Virus genome (UHGV): UHGV-1808101
Length of the DNA: 13,632 nt
From: a virus
Strand: one strand, 5' to 3'
A program made the translations under genes and the position numbers. Positions 1 to 6,851 of this stretch are shown in pieces; positions within the stretch are counted from its first letter, which is position 1, and every line of letters begins with the position of its first letter. The notes beneath the pieces are model-generated. The model was not told the DNA's origin and did no database searches. It saw only the letters and a program-made list of their open reading frames with translations.

Positions 1-39
1 CTGAGCCTCAAGACGATCCTGAATGTAATAAGCGTTCAT
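1..39 (-). CDS. gam: Gam host-nuclease (RecBCD) inhibitor, 5' end only (GamS start [13 protein letters not shown]); continues beyond the window
   Basis: Reverse complement of 1..39 translates [13 protein letters not shown], matching the recalled N-terminus of lambda GamS; AGGAG Shine-Dalgarno upstream on the minus strand; position immediately after kil as in lambda. Confidence 0.6.
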   Translation of the reverse strand, partial: MNAYYIQDRLEAQ

Positions 40-112
40 GGCTGAACTCCTGAAATAGCTGTGAAAATATCGACCGCGAAATGCCGGGCTGATTAGGAAA
101 ACAGGAAAGGGG

Positions 113-256
113 TTAGTGAATGCTTTTGCTTGATCTCAGTTTCAGTATTAATATCCATTTTTTATAAGCGTCGACGGCTTCACGAAACATCTTTTCATCA
201 CCAATAAAAGTGGCGATAGTGAATTTAGTCTGGATAGCCATAAGTGTTTTATCCAT
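113..256 (-). CDS. kil: Kil (host cell-division inhibitor), 47 aa
   Basis: Translation [47 protein letters not shown] is near-identical to recalled lambda Kil; start overlaps the cIII stop (AATGGATAA); same frame as the 3' part of the 113..382 track ORF. Confidence 0.75.
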   Translation of the reverse strand: MDKTLMAIQTKFTIATFIGDEKMFREAVDAYKKWILILKLRSSKSIH

Positions 257-389
257 TTTTGGGAACTCCTGGCTGATTAAGTATGTCGATAAGGCGTTTC
301 CATCCGTCACGTAATTTACGGGTGATTCGTTCAAGTAAAGATTCGGAAGGGCAGCCAGCAACAGGCCACCCTGCAATGGCATATTGCAT
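249..389 (-). CDS. cIII: CIII (FtsH/HflB inhibitor that stabilises CII), 46 aa
   Basis: Not in the ORF track (<60 aa). Minus-strand ATG at 389 preceded by AGGAG; translation [46 protein letters not shown] matches recalled lambda CIII over its N-terminal 46 residues. Confidence 0.8.
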   Translation of the reverse strand: MQYAIAGWPVAGCPSESLLERITRKLRDGWKRLIDILNQPGVPKNG

Positions 390-454
390 GGTGTGCTCCT
401 TATTTATTTACACATAACGAAAACGCCTCTAGTGAAGCGTTATTGGTATGCATA

Positions 455-479
455 TAAAAAAGCCCTCACATTGGAGGGC
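455..479 (-). terminator. Rho-independent terminator (tL-like) upstream of cIII in the leftward operon
   Basis: On the minus strand: GCCCTCCAATGTGAGGGC hairpin (6-bp GC-rich stem) followed by TTTTTTAT. Confidence 0.5.
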
Positions 480-541
480 AAAGAAGATTTCCAATAATCA
501 GAACAAGTCGGCTCCTGTTTAGTTACGAGCGACATTGCTCC

Positions 542-569
542 GTGTATTCACTCGTTGGAATGAATACAC
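542..569. repeat. Perfect 9-bp inverted repeat GTGTATTCA-N10-TGAATACAC in the cIII-upstream intergenic region
   Basis: Read directly from the sequence; no adjacent U-run, so not an obvious intrinsic terminator. Confidence 0.4.
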
Positions 570-613
570 AGTGCAGTGTTTATTCTGTTGTTTATGCCAA
601 AAATAAAGGCCGA

Positions 614-1237
614 TTATGCGGCCTCGGAAGGAAGTCCAATCATCTTATTCAAATCTTCTACCCGTAAAGCAGGAAGTGCTGCACTTGCTTTATCTGCTTC
701 TTTTGGTAGCAACTCTTTGCTTTCAGGCCAAACTTCAATAAGTCGCTTAACTGTTGTGACTGAGTTCAAAGCAGCCCATACGTTTGATTCTATATCCTTT
801 TTCCTGGCTTCAAGTTTTTGTTGCAATGCGCAGATTTCATCAAACCTTTTTGTTATTTTGTGTTCTGCGTCAAACATGCATTTATCTTTGTCGGGGGTAG
901 GGAGCAATATATCTTCACCGTTGCCGTCTTTTCCGTATGAATGCCAGCCAACCCTTCTTCCAGATACAGTCAGATAAATCGAACATGAACTGACATCGCA
1001 TGAGTAAAATGAACATCCCAGCTTTTGAAGTTCCTCACTTGCAGCCATTAACTTTGATGCCAGCTGGTCCACTTCTTCGGTTTTCTTTTTCCCGCCAAAC
1101 GCAATAACTCTGGCGTCAAGTGCAAGCTGGTTCTTTAACTTTGTTACTTCTTCAAGTTCAGTGAACACCCCGGACTTAATTAAAGCGTTACGAGCGATTT
1201 CCTCTTTCATTCTCGTAGTTAAGCGGATTGATGACAT
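614..1237 (-). CDS. Hypothetical early-left (pL operon) protein, 207 aa, function unknown
   Basis: Long minus-strand ORF; chosen start MSSIRLTT at 1237 has a GAGAGGAA Shine-Dalgarno-like sequence upstream; occupies the ea10/ral/sieB accessory slot between N and cIII. No motif recognised. Confidence 0.6.
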   Translation of the reverse strand: MSSIRLTTRMKEEIARNALIKSGVFTELEEVTKLKNQLALDARVIAFGGKKKTEEVDQLASKLMAASEELQKLGCSFYSCDVSSCSIYLTVSGRRVGWHSYGKDGNGEDILLPTPDKDKCMFDAEHKITKRFDEICALQQKLEARKKDIESNVWAALNSVTTVKRLIEVWPESKELLPKEADKASAALPALRVEDLNKMIGLPSEAA

Positions 1238-1298
1238 ATTAATTCCTCTCAAATAAGTGGTTTGCTGCCTAATCTCATTTTCTGGCGACCAACACAAG

Positions 1299-1682
1299 TC
1301 ACCTCGCCGTCAGTTGTTTTGATTTCCGGTAGCCTGCCGCGTAAATGGCTACGTTTGGAAGACATACACCAGTTTCTGGTTGCTTATGTCCAAACTCATT
1401 CGCGTACACAATGGCTGCTCGCTCCAGATTGCGTCTGTATTCTTTCTGTTGCCAGATCACGTCCTGTGCCATGAACTTAATTGGCTTAGCGTCTTCTATG
1501 CGCTCAGGCGTTTCGTGAGTACCTTTAGCCTGAATCTGCGCTCTGCTTAGAGTAGGGCGGTGTAATACTTCTGAACTTATTGCTTCTTCGCGGGCCAGTA
1601 CGCAGTTAGCTAATGCCTTTGCCTTTAAACGCTCACGACGACGAGAACGTGAATTGCCTTTGAACTGAGTTCTGCGTGTCAT
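1299..1682 (-). CDS. N: Antitermination protein N, P22 gp24-like type (127 aa)
   Basis: AGGAGG Shine-Dalgarno 6 nt upstream; N-terminal arginine-rich motif GNSRSRRRERLKAKA; C-terminus VAIYAAGYRKSKQLTAR resembles recalled P22 gene 24 protein (…ALYAAGHRKSKQITAR); first gene downstream of pL/nutL. Confidence 0.7.
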   Translation of the reverse strand: MTRRTQFKGNSRSRRRERLKAKALANCVLAREEAISSEVLHRPTLSRAQIQAKGTHETPERIEDAKPIKFMAQDVIWQQKEYRRNLERAAIVYANEFGHKQPETGVCLPNVAIYAAGYRKSKQLTAR

Positions 1683-1847
1683 ATAGACCTCCTGATGAAC
1701 TTTGGTGGTGTGGTAGGTGGGAGACCCATTTCGACCTGTTTCGGCCTACTTCAATTCGGCAATAGTCCCGCAGGCCTCGCCGCTTTACGTGCGACATATT
1801 CCCGTCCATGAACCCTTCACCACACCCCAAAGTTCACTTTGGTTATT

Positions 1848-1862
1848 GCGCTTTGTCAGCGC
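1848..1862 (-). promoter_or_regulatory. nutL boxB RNA hairpin (GCGCUGACAAAGCGC on the leftward transcript)
   Basis: Minus-strand reading GCGCTGACAAAGCGC; 4-5 bp GC stem with a GACAA-containing loop, the P22-type boxB as recalled; located between pL and N. Confidence 0.6.
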
Positions 1863-1930
1863 CGTAGATTCATATTCGAATCGTTGTATATTCACCGCCC
1901 TGGTGAGTGGTGCATCCTGCTGATGGCTAA

Positions 1931-1959
1931 ATAGTACGATGTGTACTTTATTGAGTCAA
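1931..1959 (-). promoter_or_regulatory. pL promoter with overlapping operator oL1 (-35 TTGACT, 17-bp spacer, -10 TACTAT on the minus strand)
   Basis: Minus strand reads TTGACT-caataaagtacacatcg-TACTAT; the spacer contains the palindrome AGTACACATCGTACT (plus 1933..1947), which recurs at pR. Confidence 0.55.
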
Positions 1960-2142
1960 TACAAAATGTTCTAAATATGATTAGTTTTTTATAACGTTTT
2001 GTATTTTATGGGGTTATATTTTGCAGGGTTGAGTGGCTTGGGAGGTGATCGAGAGATCTGAATTGCGATGTTTAGTGAGTTGTATCTATTTATTTTTCAA
2101 TAAATACAATGAGTTATGTTTTTTAGGTGGGGGATCGCGAGG

Positions 2143-2169
2143 CAAAGAAAACCCGGCGCTGAGGCCGGG
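2143..2169 (-). terminator. Rho-independent terminator ending the cI-linked minus-strand operon
   Basis: Minus strand: CCCGGCCTCAGCGCCGGG hairpin (6-bp GC stem) followed by TTTTCTTTG, immediately after the stop of the 206-aa ORF. Confidence 0.55.
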
Positions 2170-2177
2170 TTAATGCG

Positions 2178-2798
2178 TTAATGCTGGGGAGTGATTTTTT
2201 TGTTGTCTGTTGGCTGGGTATTTTGTGGCGGCGCTTGCAAAGTGGAAGGCTGTTGCAAAGGTGCGTGGTCTGACTTTAAAGCTGATACCAGCCCGGGAAT
2301 CGCAACTATTACAGCGATAATGACACTAAAAATGGCTAATCGTATAGAAATACCCGACTGAACACCACTAATTGCGGCATTAACCCCTGTTATTTGTCCT
2401 TGAATTCCTTCGAATCTCCCATTAATTGCTTTTATATCGCCAGCAGCGCTATCCATCTTTCCATCGATCTTGGACGATAGAGAGCTTATGGCTGCATTAA
2501 GTGATGCAAATTGGACATTAACGCTTTCACGAGATAGAGCCATGTCAGCCCTAATGGAGGAAGCAATAGACTCCATCTCTGCTTTATTAGCAGCTAAGCG
2601 AGCATCAAGTTCCTCTCTGCTGATCGTTCCCACTTCTTCCTCCGTTTGTGGCGGTTTTATGTAATTATTTTGCACCTTGGTGGGAGAATTATCAAATTCA
2701 GCCTCAAAATCAGAACCGCCAACAACCTTCAACCTCCGGCTTTCAGATATGTTGGTGTCTTGCTTTCCATGATTATTTAAATTACTGTCGTCACTCAT
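2178..2798 (-). CDS. Hypothetical membrane-anchored coiled-coil protein, 206 aa (third gene after cI)
   Basis: ORF with ATG overlapping the upstream stop (ATGA coupling at 2795..2798); hydrophilic N-terminus, Ala/Ser-rich heptad-like central region, one hydrophobic helix LAIFSVIIAVIVAIPGLVSAL, and a Pro/Gln-rich C-terminal tail. Confidence 0.65.
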   Translation of the reverse strand: MSDDSNLNNHGKQDTNISESRRLKVVGGSDFEAEFDNSPTKVQNNYIKPPQTEEEVGTISREELDARLAANKAEMESIASSIRADMALSRESVNVQFASLNAAISSLSSKIDGKMDSAAGDIKAINGRFEGIQGQITGVNAAISGVQSGISIRLAIFSVIIAVIVAIPGLVSALKSDHAPLQQPSTLQAPPQNTQPTDNKKITPQH

Positions 2799-3229
2799 AA
2801 TAGCTCTACGGTGAAAAATGATTCATTTTTATGAAGTTCATTTTTAGGGTCTTCATTATCTTGCAATATCCCTATAACACTATACAGCCCTTTAGCTGGG
2901 ACCCTAATTTCTTTCAATGTTACTATTACCTGTCCGCCAACCCCTGTTTCAAAATGGCTATCTTTCGTATCGATGAAAAGTGAAACTGATTCCGAAGAGC
3001 CGTCAGGGAATTGAATTTCCTCACCTTTTTTTATAATTAGGTGCGCGGGGATTACCATAATACCCAAATTATATCTTGAATTTGGTTTCAACCCGATCAT
3101 ACCAACCCTGAAATCAATTGATAGCCGCGCAGGAAATTCATTGCATGTAAAATTAAGCGTCGGTTGGTTGGGTTCTTCGCTGCTATCAAATGGGGTTATA
3201 AAAGATATTCTTTCTAAATTAAGTGCCAT
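2795..3229 (-). CDS. Hypothetical protein, 144 aa (second gene after cI)
   Basis: Start moved to MALNLERISF (ATG at 3229) because AGGAGA lies 5 nt upstream; the longer track ORF (start 3283) lacks a comparable ribosome-binding site. No motif recognised. Confidence 0.6.
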   Translation of the reverse strand: MALNLERISFITPFDSSEEPNQPTLNFTCNEFPARLSIDFRVGMIGLKPNSRYNLGIMVIPAHLIIKKGEEIQFPDGSSESVSLFIDTKDSHFETGVGGQVIVTLKEIRVPAKGLYSVIGILQDNEDPKNELHKNESFFTVELL

Positions 3230-3299
3230 AAATTCTCCTGCATCGCTGTATGCTCTACGAGCATCTCTGCGACCATCCATCATCCAAACGTCTCTTCAC

Positions 3300-3641
3300 T
3301 CATCCGAAGAAGCAGCAATCCGGGTCAGCACGCACAAGCTCAAGCGCATCAGTCAGCGAAAGTTCAGTACTGTACTGATGCCATTTCATATCCTTCCGCA
3401 TCCAATAGATTTTCCATCTATCCAGAGAACGTATGTACTTGATTCTTGCTGATGGCAGGATGTTTGTTTCACCTGGGTTGCCCTGCCACACGGGGCGCTG
3501 TTCGCCGATATCTATCGTTTGGTCATTGATGCTATAAACAATATCCAGTTCATTGCGGATATGTTCAGGCGGCCTTATGCTTTCAATGAATTGGTGAACT
3601 TCTTTTTTGACCGCTTGATATTCAAGGTCAGTGAACGCCAT
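3300..3641 (-). CDS. Hypothetical protein, 113 aa (first gene after cI, rexA-like position)
   Basis: ATG 10 nt after the cI stop with a GAGGAGGA Shine-Dalgarno overlapping the cI stop codon; no motif recognised. Confidence 0.65.
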   Translation of the reverse strand: MAFTDLEYQAVKKEVHQFIESIRPPEHIRNELDIVYSINDQTIDIGEQRPVWQGNPGETNILPSARIKYIRSLDRWKIYWMRKDMKWHQYSTELSLTDALELVRADPDCCFFG

Positions 3642-3650
3642 CTATCCTCC

Positions 3651-4310
3651 TCACCCAAACGTCTCTTCAGGCCACTGGCTGGCGATAACTTTCCCAACAA
3701 CGGAACAACTCTCATTGCATGGGATCATTGGGTACTGTGGGTTTAGTGGCTGTAGAAACACCTGACCACTATCCCTGATCAGTTTCTTGAAGGTAAACTC
3801 ATCACCACCAAGTCTGGCTATGCAGAAATCACCTGGCTCAACAGCCTGCTCAGGGTCAACAAGAATTAACATCCCGTCAGGAAAACTGGGTTTGGAACCT
3901 GTTGGTGCGGTCATTGAGTTACCTTCAACCTCAAGCCAAAATGCAGAATCACTGGCTTTTTTGGTTGTGCTTACCCATCTCTCCGCATCACCTTTGGTAA
4001 AGGTTCTAAGCTCAGACGAGAACATCCCGGCCTGAACATGAGAAAAAACAGGGTACTCATATTGTTTTTTAACGGGGGCTGATGAGCATTCGCCAACAGG
4101 TGAAAATGTACCGTCGTGGTTGAATGAGACGTTATTAATACCAAGGTACTTAAACACCACACCAATCTCGTCAAGAGATGGATGACGAGATCCGCGCAAC
4201 CAGTGACCAATTCCACCCTGCGTCATACCAAGCTCTTCAGCTAACTTCTCTTGAGTTATGCTGAGTTCTTTCATTCTGGATCTAGCCAGTTCATACCATT
4301 TCATTTTCAT
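3651..4310 (-). CDS. cI: CI prophage repressor (helix-turn-helix N-terminal domain plus LexA/S24-type autocleavage C-terminal domain)
   Basis: C-terminal ~135 residues ([15 protein letters not shown]…[12 protein letters not shown]) match recalled lambda CI, including the Ala-Gly cleavage region; N-terminal domain ([37 protein letters not shown]…) is a different helix-turn-helix. Start set at 4310 (GAGGGT Shine-Dalgarno; leaves ~110 bp for oR) rather than the track start at 4373. Confidence 0.9.
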   Translation of the reverse strand: MKMKWYELARSRMKELSITQEKLAEELGMTQGGIGHWLRGSRHPSLDEIGVVFKYLGINNVSFNHDGTFSPVGECSSAPVKKQYEYPVFSHVQAGMFSSELRTFTKGDAERWVSTTKKASDSAFWLEVEGNSMTAPTGSKPSFPDGMLILVDPEQAVEPGDFCIARLGGDEFTFKKLIRDSGQVFLQPLNPQYPMIPCNESCSVVGKVIASQWPEETFG

Positions 4311-4367
4311 ACCCTCATTATTACGCTCCGTACTAAAACCATCCATGCACAAGATGTATTTTTTCGA

Positions 4368-4396
4368 TTGCATTCCAAAAGTACATATCGTATTAT
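4368..4396 (+). promoter_or_regulatory. pR promoter with overlapping operator oR1 (-35 TTGCAT, 17-bp spacer, -10 TATTAT)
   Basis: Plus strand TTGCAT-tccaaaagtacatatcg-TATTAT; spacer and -10 carry AAGTACATATCGTATT, matching the pL operator consensus AAGTACA-N-ATCGTAYT; cro ATG 27 nt downstream. Confidence 0.55.
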
Positions 4397-4422
4397 TGTT
4401 TCATGGTTACTATGGAGGGCAT

Positions 4423-4638
4423 ATGAGCAACCTACGAAAATATCGAGAGTCACTGAAGATCTCTCAAACAACCCTTGCTAAGGCTGTTGGATGCACACAG
4501 GGGGCTATCGGACATTGGGAATCTGGTCGTCGCTTCCCAGACCTTAAAACATGCCGTGCTCTTGTTGCGTGCCTAAACAAGTTCGGCGCAAAAGTCAGTC
4601 TTGATGACGTGTTCCCGCCGGAACACCAAGCCGCTTAA
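4423..4638 (+). CDS. cro: Cro-like repressor, 71 aa
   Basis: GGAGGG Shine-Dalgarno then ATG at 4423; helix-turn-helix segment ISQTTLAKAVGCTQGAIGHWESG; divergent from cI across oR. The track ORF 4258..4638 is an upstream in-frame extension. Confidence 0.8.
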   Translation: MSNLRKYRESLKISQTTLAKAVGCTQGAIGHWESGRRFPDLKTCRALVACLNKFGAKVSLDDVFPPEHQAA

Positions 4639-4679
4639 TAAGCGGATCCACTCTTTTCACAATGGACATTCGTCCTACG

Positions 4680-4694
4680 TCGCTGACAAAGCGA
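4680..4694 (+). promoter_or_regulatory. nutR boxB hairpin (UCGCUGACAAAGCGA)
   Basis: Same GACAA-loop hairpin as nutL boxB, lying between cro and cII; boxA-like CACTCTTTT at 4649..4657. Confidence 0.5.
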
Positions 4695-4779
4695 GTCCCA
4701 ATATATCTGACCAACTAAGGCCATATGCGTTTCCACGCATACCTTTCAACTAACTATTCACTATTGGAAATATTAAGAA

Positions 4780-5076
4780 ATGACACAAACAAGTTACAGC
4801 AAACTATCCCAGCGCGACGTTGATCGCGCAGAAACGGATTTACTCATCAACCTGTCAACGCTTACCCAGCGCGGTCTGGCAAAGATGATTGGCTGTCATG
4901 AATCGAAGATAAGCAGAACGGACTGGAGATTTATTGCTTCGGTCCTGTGTGCTTTCGGAATGGCATCAGACATCAGTCCGATTAGCAGGGCTTTTAAGTA
5001 TGCGCTTGATGGAATCACCAATAAAAAACGCCCGGCGGCAACCGAGCGTTCTGAACAAATCCAGATGGAATTCTGA
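4780..5076 (+). CDS. cII: CII transcriptional activator (lysogeny establishment), 98 aa
   Basis: C-terminal …[19 protein letters not shown] matches recalled lambda CII; helix-turn-helix in the centre; position after cro/nutR. Confidence 0.85.
   Translation: MTQTSYSKLSQRDVDRAETDLLINLSTLTQRGLAKMIGCHESKISRTDWRFIASVLCAFGMASDISPISRAFKYALDGITNKKRPAATERSEQIQMEF
5022..5048 (-). terminator. OOP-like antisense RNA terminator (tO) inside the cII 3' end
   Basis: Minus strand CGCTCGG-TTGCCG-CCGGGCG 7-bp stem (one G-U pair) followed by TTTTTTATT; same arrangement as lambda oop antisense to cII. Confidence 0.55.
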
Positions 5077-5108
5077 GGGAATTACTGGATCAATCCACAG
5101 GAGTCATT

Positions 5109-5255
5109 ATGACAAAACAACTCAGTCCTTACCAGGACAAAATTCACAAACACATACTACGTGATCGCTTCCTGTCCAGCTTCAAGCAGCCTGGTCGATT
5201 CCGGGCTGGGTTGGAAAAAGTGAAGCTGATGCAGAAGGAGAAAGGTCATGAGTAA
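5109..5255 (+). CDS. Candidate small basic protein, 48 aa, between cII and O
   Basis: AGGAG 6 nt upstream of ATG 5109; [48 protein letters not shown]; stop overlaps the O start. Not in the ORF track; no homolog recalled. Confidence 0.35.
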   Translation: MTKQLSPYQDKIHKHILRDRFLSSFKQPGRFRAGLEKVKLMQKEKGHE

Positions 5256-6153
5256 TCTTGCAACCGTAACACATTTAAGGCCTTCACAACGGCCTGTGGA
5301 GCGTCGTGTGGCAGAAGTTGAAGATGGTTATACCCGTCTTGCAAATGCCCTGTATGAAGAGCTTATCGGCGCAGATTTAACGAAAAATCAGAGCAAGGTT
5401 GCCCACGCCATATGCCGTAAAACATACGGCTACGGTAAAAAGATGGATCGCATCTCTGATAGTCAGTTAGCTCAAATTACCAGGCTGCCAAGACAGAAGG
5501 TAAACAAGGCCAAGAATGAGCTTATCGCGATGAAGGTTATCTTTCGCGAAGGCCAGCAAATCGGGCCTAACAAGAACATCGAGGAATGGCAAATCGAAGG
5601 GTGTCACTACTCTGGTGATAATGTCACTGCATTGGTGACAAAAAGTGTCACCAAAACGGTGACAGCGCTGTCACCAAAACAGGGACACACAAAAGAAACT
5701 ATTACAAAAGAAAAAAGAAAAGATTATTCGTCCGAGAATTCTGGCGAATCCTCTGACCAGCCAGAAAACGATCTTTCTGTGGTTAAACCGGATGCTGCAA
5801 TTCAGAGCGGCAGCAAGTGGGGAACAGCAGAAGACCTGACCGCCGCAGAGTGGATGTTTGACATGGTGAAGACCATCGCGCCATCAGCCAGAAAACCGAA
5901 TTTTGCAGGGTGGGCTAACGATATCCGCCTGATGCGTGAACGTGACGGACGTAACCACCGCGACATGTGTGTACTGTTCCGCTGGGCATGCCAGGACAAC
6001 TTCTGGTCCGGTAACGTGCTGAGTCCGGCCAAACTCCGCGACAAGTGGACCCAGCTCGAAATCAACCGTAACAAGCAACAGGCAGGCATGATAGCCAGCA
6101 AACCAAAACTCGACCTGACAAACACTGACTGGATTTACGGGGTGGATTTATGA
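5248..6153 (+). CDS. O: Replication initiator O (origin-binding protein), 301 aa
   Basis: C-terminal ~115 residues ([82 protein letters not shown]…WIYGVDL) match recalled lambda O; the N-terminal DNA-binding half is divergent; iterons lie inside the gene. Confidence 0.9.
   Translation: MSNLATVTHLRPSQRPVERRVAEVEDGYTRLANALYEELIGADLTKNQSKVAHAICRKTYGYGKKMDRISDSQLAQITRLPRQKVNKAKNELIAMKVIFREGQQIGPNKNIEEWQIEGCHYSGDNVTALVTKSVTKTVTALSPKQGHTKETITKEKRKDYSSENSGESSDQPENDLSVVKPDAAIQSGSKWGTAEDLTAAEWMFDMVKTIAPSARKPNFAGWANDIRLMRERDGRNHRDMCVLFRWACQDNFWSGNVLSPAKLRDKWTQLEINRNKQQAGMIASKPKLDLTNTDWIYGVDL
5602..5687. repeat. Replication origin iterons: four ~19-bp palindromic repeats (TGTCACCAAAACGGTGACA type)
   Basis: Repeats at 5602, 5622, 5646 and 5669 with ~20-24 bp periodicity, each a TGTCAC…GTGACA palindrome around CAAAAC, followed by an AT-rich tract at 5690..5735; inside O as for ori-lambda. 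Confidence 0.7.
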
Positions 6154-6851
6154 AAAACATCGCCGCACAGATGGTTAACTTTGACCGTGAGCAGATGCGT
6201 CGGATCGCCAACAACATGCCGGAACAGTACGACGAAAAGCCGCAGGTACAGCAGGTAGCGCAGATCATCAACGGTGTGTTCAGCCAGTTACTGGCAACTT
6301 TCCCGGCGAGCCTGGCTAACCGTGACCAGAATGAACTGAACGAAATCCGCCGCCAGTGGGTTCTGGCTTTCCGGGAAAATGGGATCACCACGATGGAACA
6401 GGTTAACGCTGGAATGCGCGTAGCCCGTCGGCAGAATCGACCATTCCTGCCATCACCCGGGCAGTTTGTTGCCTGGTGCCGGGAAGAAGCATCCGTTACC
6501 GCCGGGCTGCCAAACGCCAGCGAGCTGGTTGATATGGTTTACGAGTATTGCCGGAAGCGTGGCCTGTATCCGGACGCAGAGTCTTATCCATGGAAATCAA
6601 ACGCGCACTACTGGTTGGTTACCAACCTGTACCAGAACATGCGGGCCAATGCGCTGACTGACGCGGAATTACGGCGTAAAGCTGCCGATGAGCTGACCTG
6701 TATGACCGCGCGAATTAACCGTGGTGAGGCGATACCTGAACCAGTAAAACAACTTCCTGTCATGGGCGGTAGACCTTTAAATCGTGCACAGGCTTTGGCG
6801 AAGATCGCAGAAATCAAAGCTAAGTTCGGACTGAAAGGAGCAAGTGTATGA
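6150..6851 (+). CDS. P: Replication protein P (DnaB helicase loader), 233 aa
   Basis: Translation matches recalled lambda P essentially along its whole length ([35 protein letters not shown]…); ATGA overlap with the O stop. Confidence 0.92.
   Translation: MKNIAAQMVNFDREQMRRIANNMPEQYDEKPQVQQVAQIINGVFSQLLATFPASLANRDQNELNEIRRQWVLAFRENGITTMEQVNAGMRVARRQNRPFLPSPGQFVAWCREEASVTAGLPNASELVDMVYEYCRKRGLYPDAESYPWKSNAHYWLVTNLYQNMRANALTDAELRRKAADELTCMTARINRGEAIPEPVKQLPVMGGRPLNRAQALAKIAEIKAKFGLKGASV

Noticed and set aside
113-382. 89-aa minus-strand track ORF treated as one gene
   Set aside because: Its 3' part is kil (113..256), and its 5' part overlaps cIII, which is read in a different frame (249..389) with a proper AGGAG ribosome-binding site; the 89-aa product is an artefact of the longest-ORF rule.
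576-977. 133-aa plus-strand ORF
   Set aside because: Fully antisense to the 207-aa leftward-operon ORF, low-complexity Ser/Leu-rich translation, no ribosome-binding site; judged a shadow ORF.
3651-4373. Track start of cI at 4373 (240 aa, MQSKKYIL…)
   Set aside because: It leaves only ~49 bp between cI and cro, too little for a divergent operator/promoter region, and has no ribosome-binding site; the internal ATG at 4310 has GAGGGT upstream and gives a normal-length repressor.
4368-4373. Sigma-54 promoter reading of TGGCATGGTGAATCC in module copy 1 (12738..12752)
   Set aside because: The -12 element would be ATCC rather than TTGC and copy 2 has TCGCAT in place of TGGCAT, so the motif is not conserved.
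5802-6391. Minus-strand ORFs of 107, 64 and 109 aa
   Set aside because: Antisense to O and P, which match lambda proteins; Cys/Arg-rich translations typical of opposite-strand artefacts.
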